Part shown: piece after piece, positions 1-10,691 of the stretch
How positions within the stretch are numbered: position 1 is the first letter of the stretch
Layout: every line of letters begins with the position of its first letter
From: Sedimentisphaerales bacterium
GTDB taxonomy: Bacteria; Planctomycetota; Phycisphaerae; Sedimentisphaerales; SM23-30
Direction: 5' to 3' (one strand)
Length of the DNA: 64,000 nt
Assembly (NCBI GenBank): GCA_963666285.1
Contig: OY762711.1
The notes under the pieces: generated by a model
Databases searched by the model: none
Told to the model about the DNA's origin: nothing
Seen by the model: the letters and a program-made list of their open reading frames with translations, nothing else
Made by a program: the position numbers and the translations under genes

Positions 1-386
1 TCACCCGCATAATATATACGCTTGCCATCGATATTTACTATAAAACCAAGCCAGTTATTCTCCTTAGGATGAAAATGTTTTGCCGGGTTATATGCACGGA
101 CCGCCTCAACCTTGACCCCGTAATACTCAAAACTGTCACCCGGAGCCACCGCCGTTCCACAATCAGCCCGGCATATTACATCGTTCGAGCTGTATAACCG
201 GCCGTCATCTGACAGTACCTTTGCCACATCATCTTCTGAATAATGATCGTAATGACTGTGGCTTACCAGTATCAGCTTGCCGTCGCGAGGGTCGCCTTCA
301 AGCTTCCATGGATCTATGTAAACCACTTTATCATCAGCATTTATCCTGAACGACGCATGTCCAAACCATTTAATTTCAACACTCAT
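1..386 (-). CDS. MBL-fold metallo-hydrolase (partial, runs off window start; absent from ORF track)
   Basis: Manual translation: MSVEIKWFGHASFRI...YIDPW...ILVSHSHYDHYS...AYNPAKHFHPKENNWLGFIVNIDGKRIYYAG; HxHxDH motif; GGAG upstream of ATG. Confidence 0.85.
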   Translation of the reverse strand, partial: MSVEIKWFGHASFRINADDKVVYIDPWKLEGDPRDGKLILVSHSHYDHYSEDDVAKVLSDDGRLYSSNDVICRADCGTAVAPGDSFEYYGVKVEAVRAYNPAKHFHPKENNWLGFIVNIDGKRIYYAG

Positions 387-433
387 ACCAGGCTCCTATT
401 TTATTTAATCATAAGCTACTTATTCTTGATTAC

Positions 434-733
434 TTACTCCAAATCAGGAATCCCACGAGCTGCATGCCATATCCGCATAATACCTATGGAGTTATTATTT
501 AAATCAACAAAATAGACAATTCGATATGGACATAGTATTGATTCCCTGATTGTTTCATCCTTTTTCTCCGGCACGATTCTATTTGAAAAAGGATGTATGC
601 TTGCTAACTCAATTCGATTTATAACTCTATCTGCTAAACTGGATGCAGCATCAATATCATCACGTGAAATATACGAAACAATCTCTCGCAAATCTTCAAT
701 AGCAGTCTCTGACCATATTACTTTGAAAGCCAT
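434..733 (-). CDS. Type II toxin, RelE/ParE family
   Basis: 99 aa, 'VIWSETAIEDLREIVSYI...PYRIVYFV...IMRIWHAAR'; overlaps upstream 61-aa gene. Confidence 0.85.
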   Translation of the reverse strand: MAFKVIWSETAIEDLREIVSYISRDDIDAASSLADRVINRIELASIHPFSNRIVPEKKDETIRESILCPYRIVYFVDLNNNSIGIMRIWHAARGIPDLE

Positions 734-903
734 TTCTTCAGGCTATCCTTAACTTCCTCATGCGGAACAACCCTACCAGACTTAATATCATTAAGACCTT
801 TATCTATTGCGGCAAGAAACCTTATCCGCTCTTCAATATCAGACCAGCTAACAGTGTCAGGTAGCTCCTGGATTGTCTTTATTGCCATTTCTTTACTAGT
901 CAT
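718..903 (-). CDS. Putative antitoxin of the RelE/ParE pair
   Basis: 61 aa, 'IDKGLNDIKSGRVVPHEEVK' typical antitoxin C-terminus; overlaps toxin start. Confidence 0.8.
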   Translation of the reverse strand: MTSKEMAIKTIQELPDTVSWSDIEERIRFLAAIDKGLNDIKSGRVVPHEEVKDSLKKWLSK

Positions 904-1022
904 GTTTATATTATATCATCTATGACTCACGATAGCAAAGTAAACATAAATCAATATAAAATATATGATTACAGCAATTACACTTACTGGCCGGAAAAAA
1001 TATTTCAAATATTAATTTGCAT

Positions 1023-1065
1023 TGTCTCAATTAATGATACAAAATGTATTAGTAGGATTAATACA
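1023..1065. promoter_or_regulatory. Tandem palindromic operators, probable YtrA/GntR autoregulatory sites
   Basis: TGTCTCA-N5-TGATACA (1023-1041) and perfect TGTATTA-N7-TAATACA (1045-1065) just upstream of the GntR RBS. Confidence 0.6.
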
Positions 1066-1086
1066 ATTTGTACGGAGTACAGCATT

Positions 1087-1506
1087 ATGCCATTATGGAT
1101 TCAAATAGCACCCGGCTCAAAACAACCTGTCTACAAGCAGATTTTTGACCAGGTTTCACAACAGATCGCTCAGGGCAAGCTCAATACCGGCGACAAGCTC
1201 CCGGCAGTACGGAACCTCGCCGCTGAACTGGTTGTTAACCCCAACACAGTAGCACGGGCTTATTCCCTGCTCGAACAGAAAGGACTTGTCATTACCAAAA
1301 CCGGTGCAGGAACCTTTATCAGCGACCCCAAACTTAAGGACCCGGACATGCAGCAGATCAGCATTATCAATGATCGATTTGACAACCTTATCTCACAGGC
1401 CGTCAACATAGGCATGACCGGCGAACAGATCAGGGAATTATTCGAAAAAAGACTTAGCCAGTTCAATAAACTGGATGATATTCACGGAGATAAAACTAAT
1501 GACTAA
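1087..1506 (+). CDS. GntR family regulator, YtrA subfamily
   Basis: 'PVYKQI...GDKLPAVRNLAAELVVNPNTVARAYSLLEQKGLV...GAGTFIS'; start moved to ATG 1087 behind GGAG; precedes ABC ATPase. Confidence 0.9.
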   Translation: MPLWIQIAPGSKQPVYKQIFDQVSQQIAQGKLNTGDKLPAVRNLAAELVVNPNTVARAYSLLEQKGLVITKTGAGTFISDPKLKDPDMQQISIINDRFDNLISQAVNIGMTGEQIRELFEKRLSQFNKLDDIHGDKTND

Positions 1507-2425
1507 TCCATACGCTATCGAGACTAATGACCTGACCAAATATTACGGCACTTCCGCCGCGGTCGATCATCTCAACCTCAAAATCCCTTACGGCAGTATA
1601 TACGGGCTGCTCGGCCGAAACGGTGCCGGCAAAAGCACAACCATCCGCATGCTGCTGAACTTTGCTCGCCCAACCTGCGGCACATGTAGTATCGCCGGCT
1701 GTGACAGCCAACAGCTTACACCTGAGCTGCTTACAAAAATTGGCTATATCAATGAAGGACACAAACTCTACGGATCTATGAAGATCAAAGAGATCCAGCA
1801 ATACCAGGCCGCCTTCTTCCCCGACACATGGAACAGCAAGCTTTTCGATGAAATGATCGATTTCTTCGAACTGTCAAAAAACAAAAAGATCAAAAAACTC
1901 TCCAACGGTCAGCGAGCACAGGTATCGCTCGCACTCACACTCGCACCCGACCCTGAGATACTCATCATGGACGACCCAACCCTCGGCCTCGATGTAGTCG
2001 TTCGACGCCAGTTTCTCGAAGGTATGATCAAGCTTATCCAGCGAAAAGGCCGGACAATACTATTCTCCAGCCATATCTTGAGTGATGTAGAACGAGTCGC
2101 TGACCATATCGCCATTATCGATCAGGGACGCCTCAGGGCAGACTGCACCACCGAAGAATTTCGCTCTGCCGTACGCAAGCTTATCATACATTTTGACAAC
2201 ACACCTCCTCAGGAAATGAATATCCCAGGACTGCTTCATCATCGCTGTAACGAACATATTATCGAAGCAATTCTGATAGCACCGCCGGAAGATGCTCTCA
2301 ACCAATGGTGCAAAGACAACAACGCAAACATTCACTCAGAAGTTGAAATGTCACTGGAAGATCAGTTTATCGAATACACCATAACACCAACTAAACGACA
2401 CTTGTTCTCATGGGATAAATACTAA
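1499..2425 (+). CDS. ABC transporter ATP-binding protein (ABC-2/YtrB type)
   Basis: Walker A GRNGAGKST, LSNGQ signature, ILIMDDP, SSH; start overlaps GntR 3' end. Confidence 0.92.
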   Translation: MTNPYAIETNDLTKYYGTSAAVDHLNLKIPYGSIYGLLGRNGAGKSTTIRMLLNFARPTCGTCSIAGCDSQQLTPELLTKIGYINEGHKLYGSMKIKEIQQYQAAFFPDTWNSKLFDEMIDFFELSKNKKIKKLSNGQRAQVSLALTLAPDPEILIMDDPTLGLDVVVRRQFLEGMIKLIQRKGRTILFSSHILSDVERVADHIAIIDQGRLRADCTTEEFRSAVRKLIIHFDNTPPQEMNIPGLLHHRCNEHIIEAILIAPPEDALNQWCKDNNANIHSEVEMSLEDQFIEYTITPTKRHLFSWDKY

Positions 2426-2440
2426 TACCGGGAGTCAAAA

Positions 2441-3157
2441 ATGAACAAATATACCGCAATAATCCAAAAAGAATTAAAATATATCATACCACTAACAATT
2501 ATTACTATCTTGGTTTTCGCAACTTTAAACTACTCTAGTGGAAAAGGCCACTTCAGCAACAATCATTATATCCAAAAACAAACTGATAGATTTATAACAC
2601 TTGATGACTCACCACACTCAGGGTTCAAATTCAAAAACAATAAACTTTCAAGTGGGATATTAGAATACCTCGGTTTGCCTGCTATATACTTGATAGAATG
2701 TTTTTCATCTTTAGCTATCATTTTAGCTCTTATACAATTCTGGCTGCCCTCTTTTCGCGGCTATTGGAAATTCACATTACATCGCCCTGTAAAACGTCAA
2801 ACAATTATCATTCTATACCTGGCGACAACAATAATAACACTTTTCTTGACAAATGGCATATGCTGGACATTATTATGTAACTATATGGACACCCAAACAC
2901 TGATTCCCGTTGAAAATTATATCATTCTTATCGGTTGGAAATTTGGATTAATACCATTAATATGCTACACAACTATATCGTTAATAGGACTTATACAAAA
3001 AATATCACAGATTGCAAAAATACCAATTGTCCTGGCTGCATTGATTATATTAGCATTTATAAATCAATTCAATGCCCAAACTATCTTGTTAATTATTATC
3101 TTTCTGATAATGACACTGCCTTTAGCAATATACAGATTCACTACAAACGAATACTAA
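2441..3157 (+). CDS. Putative ABC-2 permease / membrane protein
   Basis: About 6 hydrophobic segments, 'IIQKELK' N-terminus, 'LHRPVKR' loop; operon position. Confidence 0.65.
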   Translation: MNKYTAIIQKELKYIIPLTIITILVFATLNYSSGKGHFSNNHYIQKQTDRFITLDDSPHSGFKFKNNKLSSGILEYLGLPAIYLIECFSSLAIILALIQFWLPSFRGYWKFTLHRPVKRQTIIILYLATTIITLFLTNGICWTLLCNYMDTQTLIPVENYIILIGWKFGLIPLICYTTISLIGLIQKISQIAKIPIVLAALIILAFINQFNAQTILLIIIFLIMTLPLAIYRFTTNEY

Positions 3158-3177
3158 TCCCTCGAAAGGAATTTATA

Positions 3178-4746
3178 ATGAAATATTTTAGCCAGTATAC
3201 TAAATCATGCCAAAGCATATTATTTGCCCTATCGATATTTTGCATACTATATATTCTTGCTCAATTAACCGGGGGACTTATTGCCAGCCGCTTCAGACCA
3301 ATAGAAGCATCAGATGAAAAATTACTTATTGATGTCGACAGCAACATTATGCGGCTGAACGAATTCCCAAGGTTATATACTTCAGACGGCAAAATAGTTC
3401 TCTATGCTGCAAATGAAGACAAGATTTCTTATGAAATATACAATCCTGAATCCAACACATTCACTCCGGCATCGCCCATTGACCAAAACAACATTATACA
3501 TGAATCACTTAATATCAAAAGATCTGTCACTCCTGGAAGACTTGCGTTTAACATAAGGGCAGATATAACAATACCTATTTATGAAAACCAGACTCCGACT
3601 CTGTGGCACTATGACAAGGAAAAAATGTATTTTACAGCATATCGCAATAGAAAAACTGTCGGCTACCTCGACCAAAGCGGATTCAAGGATTCTTTAAATA
3701 CTATCACTAAGTTCAATTGCCAAACACAACATATTTGGCTGGATGACACAAAAAGCAATAATGAAACTAAAAACTTTATTATGATAACTCAACAAAACGA
3801 TGGATTATATCTCACAAACTTCATCAAAAAAGAACATAAATTAATATACCCGATAAACAGTGCTGATAAAATCACAACTTGGAATGTGTATCCGGATAAT
3901 GCAAATCAAAACAAAATATACAACATTGACACAAACAAAATAAATACATACAGCAGCACACCTGACATCATTATCATCCAATATAACAACAAAGCCCCAG
4001 AACTATTAACCTGCAACGGAGACACATTTAAAGCAGTAAAACTAAACATCCCAAATATAGATTACGACTATTATATTACTGCATATTTCGACAATAACCC
4101 GAATAATTTATACCTTGAATTTACAGAAAATAATCTTCAGCAGTTTGCTCATCTTCCAGAGAATATACGATACAAAAAAATTTACTACTTTTTAAACTAT
4201 GAATGCACACGCACAACAAATATTGATTCCAGAATAAAAAAACAGCTTTATAGAGTTGATATAGATAACGGAACTTCTGAAAAGCTTAATGATTACACAT
4301 TCATCTCGGCCAGCGCTATGCCTGTTAATTACATTCAATACAATAACATCAATATTTTCACTAGAGAGGTAATCCAATCATTCATACCGTTGGCAACTGC
4401 CGGCCTGACATTTTTCAACACTTTCTGGCAATTACTCGTCTCATTCGAACTCTATATAAATGTGTATACCTATATCCTTTCTCTGCTTTGTACCGCACTT
4501 GCTTTCTACCATATCCGCAACCGAAAGCGGTCCCAGGCATCAATGTACAGCTGGCTTATCTTCGTATTCCTCTTCAATCTCGCCGGACTGCTGACATACC
4601 TCATCTTTAACCACTGTGCCCTGGCCAAATGCCGATCCTGCGGCAAACCTCGCCACCTGCAAAGTGACAACTGTCCCCACTGCAATTCTCCATTACCAAA
4701 ACCGGAATTCATGCCTACTGATATAATCACTGCTCGAACAGCATAA
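3178..4746 (+). CDS. Membrane protein with large extracytoplasmic domain and C-terminal Zn-ribbon
   Basis: N-terminal TM, C-terminal TMs 'WLIFVFLFNLAGLLTYL', CRSC...CPHC; start at ATG 3178 behind AAAGGA. Confidence 0.7.
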   Translation: MKYFSQYTKSCQSILFALSIFCILYILAQLTGGLIASRFRPIEASDEKLLIDVDSNIMRLNEFPRLYTSDGKIVLYAANEDKISYEIYNPESNTFTPASPIDQNNIIHESLNIKRSVTPGRLAFNIRADITIPIYENQTPTLWHYDKEKMYFTAYRNRKTVGYLDQSGFKDSLNTITKFNCQTQHIWLDDTKSNNETKNFIMITQQNDGLYLTNFIKKEHKLIYPINSADKITTWNVYPDNANQNKIYNIDTNKINTYSSTPDIIIIQYNNKAPELLTCNGDTFKAVKLNIPNIDYDYYITAYFDNNPNNLYLEFTENNLQQFAHLPENIRYKKIYYFLNYECTRTTNIDSRIKKQLYRVDIDNGTSEKLNDYTFISASAMPVNYIQYNNINIFTREVIQSFIPLATAGLTFFNTFWQLLVSFELYINVYTYILSLLCTALAFYHIRNRKRSQASMYSWLIFVFLFNLAGLLTYLIFNHCALAKCRSCGKPRHLQSDNCPHCNSPLPKPEFMPTDIITARTA

Positions 4747-4818
4747 GATAAAAACCAATGGTCGCGGGGGTTATATTTGTAAAAACATCCTACATCTCCC
4801 CTCGCGGCCAAAAAGCTG

Positions 4819-6825
4819 CTATCTGTTTTTATACAATTTAAGATCTCTGCCATTCAGCCTGGCCGTCATACCCGCCATCTTACTACTGACACTCGTTGCC
4901 ACATCGCCAATAGCAAAGGTCGTTTTCGGAATTATGAACCTGTTAACTTTTATACTTATACTATCCAGCTGCTTGGCAAAAGCCTTCTCACGCAGCCTGT
5001 CTATCTTCTCTTTATAAATATCAATCTTAATGAGCAGCTGCTTTATCTCTTCCAGCTTACCGATAACCTCTCTCTTGGTCTCCGGCTTCAGCTTTGCCAA
5101 AAGCTCAACTGCATCCGCCGAACTAAAATCAATACATATGCTCTTTTGCAGCAAAACAACTTCCGCCTGAAGTTTTGATATAGCAGCTTTGGCATTCTCG
5201 AGCTGAATACACATCTCCTTATCACCGCCACAGGCTATTATTGTATTCTCTGTGGTCGTACCAACCGAATCAATTTCCGCGCTGCCCATAACCGATATCA
5301 TACTGCCCATTACTGCCCCACGCTGATTGCCGGTTACCCCTCGACCCAGTACACACAGGTTTCCTCGACAACTTATCTTTGCTCCATAGACATATCGCTG
5401 AACTGTCAGATCTCCTGTAACACGGATATTTGCTTCCTGTACATATCCTATATCTGCATCATTCCTGACATAAACCAAACCTTTTTTTGTAAATACACCT
5501 TTCCGAACTACCAGGCTGCCGCATCGGACTTCAACATTATTTTCAATACTGCCGTTAACTATCAACTCATTTCTACATTCAACCGAAAAACCGTTCAAAA
5601 TATTACCTTTTACAAATATTGATGAGCCATGCGTAATATTACCCGTATCCGGGCCAACATCTCCATTGATAAAAAATGTGTCCGTAACCGATATCAAATT
5701 ATTATTGTAGGCCAGGCAGCCGTCACTCTTGGCATATAGCAATACCTTTTCATCACTTTCCTGCACCTGGATATTATCACCTATCTTAATTTCCTTAGAC
5801 TTCGCACTAATCGCTGGAATTTCGTCACCATAAACGTCAATTCCCGGTATACCCTCTACCGACAATGTTATCTCTGCCAGTAACTCGTCTTTTTTCACCA
5901 TCGTATAAAAGGCCTTACGCATAAAGTCTATTATACTGGTCTCGCCGCTATGCTTATCCCTCTCTGCATCAACACAAATATTAATTTCTGCATTCTTGCC
6001 CTGTATCGGCCTGCGACCCTTGGCCACAACAATTTCGTCTATTATATTACCTTCTGCCTGGACCTTATTTATCCTGTCGATAACTTCCATCAGTTCACAG
6101 CTCAGCTGATCTGCTAAAACAACCTCCTGGTATTTTTTAGCATAATAATTCATAAGCTCCTTATAATCATATTCTCCCACCAACGGTAAAATCACAAAAC
6201 TGATTGTTATGCGATCTGCCGAATATTTAAACGGAGAAATAACATGAACACACATCTGGTCGTCTATCGCAAGATAACCTGTTTCTTTCGCTATAAACGA
6301 AACACCATCGACCATCTCTACAATTGCCACATTTCGGCCTGGCTTTAGTTTTATCGGCATATTCTGTTTCTTCAGCTTGCGGCCAAATATGTCTTCCTGG
6401 TCAGCTTCTTTTATACAACACAATACCGAATCTACCCCCACAAAACGAGACTTAAAATCCACAGTCGGAATTTCATCCCCTTCTACCATGACTTTATAAA
6501 CCTTACGGGCAAAATCTATTTCACTCATCACCTCCTGAACTGTCATACTTCCCGAATTCTGAAATGATATCTCATGCTTGATACGAGCTTGTGCCGCAAC
6601 CAGATCTGTTATCGGCTCACCGGTTTTATTCGACCATTCTACTGCCGTATCTATTGCAATAACATCAATATGGTTAACTACACCACACGCCGATAGCTTT
6701 GATATCACATTATCAGAAGTTATTTTCTCGCCAAATACGTTCTCTGCCGCCAGAAAGGCTACTTTTGCCTGGCTGCCGTCTGGCTCACATAGTATTTCTT
6801 TTTGCGGACTCACCAATGACATCAT
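4819..6825 (-). CDS. FapA / DUF342 family protein (flagellar assembly protein A-like)
   Basis: 'GKNAEI', 'GIPGIDVYG', 'INGDVGPDTGNI...IFVKGNILNGFSV' beta-helix region, C-terminal coiled coil. Confidence 0.8.
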   Translation of the reverse strand: MMSLVSPQKEILCEPDGSQAKVAFLAAENVFGEKITSDNVISKLSACGVVNHIDVIAIDTAVEWSNKTGEPITDLVAAQARIKHEISFQNSGSMTVQEVMSEIDFARKVYKVMVEGDEIPTVDFKSRFVGVDSVLCCIKEADQEDIFGRKLKKQNMPIKLKPGRNVAIVEMVDGVSFIAKETGYLAIDDQMCVHVISPFKYSADRITISFVILPLVGEYDYKELMNYYAKKYQEVVLADQLSCELMEVIDRINKVQAEGNIIDEIVVAKGRRPIQGKNAEINICVDAERDKHSGETSIIDFMRKAFYTMVKKDELLAEITLSVEGIPGIDVYGDEIPAISAKSKEIKIGDNIQVQESDEKVLLYAKSDGCLAYNNNLISVTDTFFINGDVGPDTGNITHGSSIFVKGNILNGFSVECRNELIVNGSIENNVEVRCGSLVVRKGVFTKKGLVYVRNDADIGYVQEANIRVTGDLTVQRYVYGAKISCRGNLCVLGRGVTGNQRGAVMGSMISVMGSAEIDSVGTTTENTIIACGGDKEMCIQLENAKAAISKLQAEVVLLQKSICIDFSSADAVELLAKLKPETKREVIGKLEEIKQLLIKIDIYKEKIDRLREKAFAKQLDSISIKVNRFIIPKTTFAIGDVATSVSSKMAGMTARLNGRDLKLYKNR

Positions 6826-7720
6826 TTACACTCCGATAAAAAAACTATCTCTTTTATCCTTGTTATAGCCTGAACTTTATCTGGTTTACACTCGGGAAAT
6901 GCCTTCTTATCCATCTATCCTAAACCCATTTCTAATATTTCGTACTTTCTTTCAACCAGGCCAAGTCTATGACCAGCCCGGATAACACAATAGGTACATA
7001 TACCCATGGTAGTTGGAAATGCCCGTTCGAGCATGGTATAAATGATTACATTATCATTACTCACCTTCCGAGCGACCGGACAAAACCATACACTATGTGC
7101 ATATATCACAATTTTCTCCGCAAACCACCTGCCACACAATCAATACAAACTTAGCCCCTGCCTGTCTTTTACCATCGAATAAATTGACCTCCAATATTAT
7201 ATTATACATTTTTCATGTCAATATTTTCAAAAACAGTTCATAGAACTCTGTTGCCATATACTGGGTGCATAATAGTAATAACTAACAGAACTGGTATTTT
7301 CACAACTCGTTACTGTATACAATAACAAAATAACACCTGAGATATAATCCTTTAAAATATACATATTTGCGGCTATAGCACTAATTATAAAGTATTTCGA
7401 CTATTATAATTTGCGCAAATATGATGTAGGACAAAATCTTTCATACGGCAATTGATTTAAGTATTCTCTATAAATATTTAATAATAAAAGTACAATCTGA
7501 TCGATCAATTATAGGACACAAAATGGAAGATCTCGAACAATATCACTTCATACTTCCGAAACATTGTTTACATAATTCCCGACATTTAGGTACAAACATT
7601 TATAGACATATCGAAATACATCAGCAGAAGCATTTTACAAATAAGAAAAGAAGAATTATAAATACTTCTCAATATAGATAATCCATCAACTTAATACTGA
7701 AAATAATTATTTTTCAAATT

Positions 7721-9805
7721 TTATTTCAGTATATCAATCACAACTGCACTACCCGCATAATTACCCTCAGGCAGAGTAACTGTTTTTATATATTCTTGAC
7801 CTTTATAACGAATCTTCACCACCACACACTTTTCCTTGCGCGACGGATCGGCTATATTCAGAAACAGCTCTTTATCTTCGCCTGTTACAAGCATTGCAAC
7901 ACAAGGCTTATCTACCGAAATACTGTTATCATGCCAGGTAAGTTTCGCCGGCTTATAAAACACCGCCATAATACTCCCATCCGAACTAACCGCCTGGATA
8001 GAACCGCTATTGGAAAGAATAATGGTTTTATCCTCCGGCAATTTGATTACCGGCTGAACAACATAACAGTATTTTGCCCCTTGCGGCTTTTCCCCGTGGT
8101 CGATATACAGCTTGAAAATGTCGTGGTCGATTTTCCTGTCACTTTTCTCAGCTGCTATCATCTTCCAGCTGCCGGACTGCTTACCGCACTCCAGCTTCAC
8201 ATCCTGCTTCTCCGGAAAACTGTAAACAAAACCACCATGCTGAACTAAATGATCGACTTCTACAACAAACGAACCGTATTCTAAAATCCTGCCTTTCAGC
8301 TGATCGACCAGACTGTCCTTATCCAAATGACATTGGTTGATTGTAGTATATATTTTATCTTCACTTGCACTTGTAATACCAGACCCCAAACAAACCAGCA
8401 CATCACCGCAGGCAAACCACGCTTTTTTGGCAGCCACCCCCTCAACATCATAATCCATCACACAAAAACCGTTTTCGCCATCGCTTAGCCCGCCCACAAA
8501 AGGCTGCATATTACCTTTATTACTCCAGCCGGGCCTTGGCGGTGCATCCTCACTATGAATTAACGTAGCACCCGGTATCTGACGCCAGTCCCATGCCGGG
8601 AAAATATCTTTATATTCATTACCGCTGCTATAAAAAAAGCATGCTCCATCACTGAGAAATCCGCCCAGCTGGTTTTCATTGTTGCCGCCCGCCTCGGTTC
8701 CCAGCACAAAATTTGAGTTCATCTTCACGCTCGCCATGAAATCTTCTCGACGATGCACCATGTAATCCGAACGCCAGAAATATGTATTGCCTGTCAGTTT
8801 ATTCTCCCCATCCCGCGACTGCATCTGGTCCAAATACTGCTGATATTCATTCGAATATTCCGGATCCAGCATCTTCATATATTTGAAACCATTTACCAGC
8901 GAACGAGCTTTAGAATTAGGCTGCCCGGCAAATATCTGCCTGCCGCAGCTGCTGATATCATAAAAATCTTTCCACACCACCCAACGCTGGCCATAAAGCA
9001 GGTAATTACGCATCAGTTCAACCTGTTGTTTATTTTCAAACTCTGTGCCGGACACTACCCATAGCCACTTGGTCATATTACCGACAAATGCCAGGCCATA
9101 ATTACCAAACTGCAGCTGCGGGCCATGCTGATGGAAACTCCAATCCGGCTGCATCCCTTCACCGGTAGTAACTTTCAGCTCATCAAGAATAGACTTTATC
9201 GCTTTCTCTGCCATAGCCCTGTCCTTGACAAACAAAGATCGAACAAATACATTATCACTAAGCCAGATCTTATTCTGACCGGTCATCCTTATCTTTGCCT
9301 GCGACATGATCTTATTGAGTAGAAAATCTCTTTCTTCTCCTGTCGCTTCATCTCCCAGCATAAGCATCAACTGCCCGGCTTGCATCGGCATAAAAATCTG
9401 ATGATGCCACCAGTTATCACTGCGAAGATCTTTTGCCTGCCAGAAACCAATCGCCTTATGTATCGAATCTGAATATTTCTGCTTTTGCCCGACATTCCCA
9501 TCTAACCTACAGGCAACCTGGCAAATTCTGATTATATTATTAATATGAGCGGAACTCGGCCAGAACGATCTCTGCCTGCTTTCATAATCTATACCCGGCC
9601 AGCTGCCGTCCGACCTCTGCTTGCCAACCAGGCTATTAGCTTCGGCTGTCTCCTTTGCCGATGGCGGCTCGTTCCCATGATCACCCGGCTGATAGCCTAA
9701 CGCCAAATGCTGCAGACGCGAATCGATAACAGAAAAATCATCAGCAAAGATCAAAGAATTAAATACAAATACAACCAGTAATATAAAACATATCTTCAGC
9801 TTCAT
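7721..9805 (-). CDS. Polysaccharide lyase family 8 (chondroitin/hyaluronate lyase-like), secreted
   Basis: 'NWWHHQI', 'MTGQNKIW', 'GMQPDWSFHQHGPQLQFGNYG', 'WDWRQIPG', 'AKKAWF'; signal peptide from ATG 9805. Confidence 0.9.
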   Translation of the reverse strand: MKLKICFILLVVFVFNSLIFADDFSVIDSRLQHLALGYQPGDHGNEPPSAKETAEANSLVGKQRSDGSWPGIDYESRQRSFWPSSAHINNIIRICQVACRLDGNVGQKQKYSDSIHKAIGFWQAKDLRSDNWWHHQIFMPMQAGQLMLMLGDEATGEERDFLLNKIMSQAKIRMTGQNKIWLSDNVFVRSLFVKDRAMAEKAIKSILDELKVTTGEGMQPDWSFHQHGPQLQFGNYGLAFVGNMTKWLWVVSGTEFENKQQVELMRNYLLYGQRWVVWKDFYDISSCGRQIFAGQPNSKARSLVNGFKYMKMLDPEYSNEYQQYLDQMQSRDGENKLTGNTYFWRSDYMVHRREDFMASVKMNSNFVLGTEAGGNNENQLGGFLSDGACFFYSSGNEYKDIFPAWDWRQIPGATLIHSEDAPPRPGWSNKGNMQPFVGGLSDGENGFCVMDYDVEGVAAKKAWFACGDVLVCLGSGITSASEDKIYTTINQCHLDKDSLVDQLKGRILEYGSFVVEVDHLVQHGGFVYSFPEKQDVKLECGKQSGSWKMIAAEKSDRKIDHDIFKLYIDHGEKPQGAKYCYVVQPVIKLPEDKTIILSNSGSIQAVSSDGSIMAVFYKPAKLTWHDNSISVDKPCVAMLVTGEDKELFLNIADPSRKEKCVVVKIRYKGQEYIKTVTLPEGNYAGSAVVIDILK

Positions 9806-9911
9806 AGTTATAATATACCTCTCTTTACCACAAGGTAACAAACCGTAATCTGTGGATAAGTATTTCTATATCTTCGTGTAGCTGCTTAGGCATGAACATG
9901 GCAAAGTCTGA

Positions 9912-10691
9912 TTAAACAAATACCAGCGGTCTGCCCGTTTCTGGATGTTTGCTTATTATTATATCTTCGTTATACGCCTGCGATATATGTTCAGCCGTTA
10001 TAACTTCTCCCGGTACGCCCGACGCTATCTTCTCGCCCTTATGCATCAATACCAGCTCATCACAATATTTAGCCGCCAGGTTCAGGTCATGCGTAACTAC
10101 CATCACTGCCTTGCCCGCTTGCGACTGCCTTGCCAGCAACGCAAAAAACGATCCCTGATGATGCAGATCCAATCCCGTCGTCGGCTCATCCAGCAAAAGG
10201 ATATTCGGCTCCTGTGCCAGTACCGAACCCAACAGTACCCGCTGCTGCTCACCACCGCTCAACTGGGCAATATCCCGACCGCGAAATTCCAATACCTCCG
10301 CCTCGGCCATTGCCTGCTCAATTACCTCTCTGTCATGGGCACTGCTAAAGCCAAAGCCTTTCAAATGGCAGTACCTGCCCATCGCCACAACCTGCTCAAC
10401 TGAATATCCGGACACAATATTTACATGCTGCGGCATATAGCCCAGCTCCACCGCTACCTCACGACGTGGCATCGTGCTCAGGTTTCGACCTCTTATTTCG
10501 ATCCGTCCGCTGCTAACATTCAATATACCGGCAGCCGCCTTTAGTAGTGTGCTCTTACCGGCTCCGTTAGGCCCTATCACGCCCACCATACGACCGCCAT
10601 GCAGCTCCATCGACACGCCGCGAACTTGCTCAATCTCGCCGTCATAACTGAAACTTAAATTATCAATTGTCAAAAGAGATTCATTTTTCAT
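9912..10691 (-). CDS. Iron-siderophore/cobalamin ABC transporter ATPase (FhuC/BtuD-like)
   Basis: GPNGAGKST, LSGGEQQRV, LLLDEPT, HDLNLA. Confidence 0.9.
   Translation of the reverse strand: MKNESLLTIDNLSFSYDGEIEQVRGVSMELHGGRMVGVIGPNGAGKSTLLKAAAGILNVSSGRIEIRGRNLSTMPRREVAVELGYMPQHVNIVSGYSVEQVVAMGRYCHLKGFGFSSAHDREVIEQAMAEAEVLEFRGRDIAQLSGGEQQRVLLGSVLAQEPNILLLDEPTTGLDLHHQGSFFALLARQSQAGKAVMVVTHDLNLAAKYCDELVLMHKGEKIASGVPGEVITAEHISQAYNEDIIISKHPETGRPLVFV

Noticed and set aside
6869..7720. Short ORFs (6915-7139, 6969-7154) and possible c-di-GMP riboswitch upstream of fapA
   Set aside because: No recognisable protein motifs or RBS; no GEMM-like consensus seen
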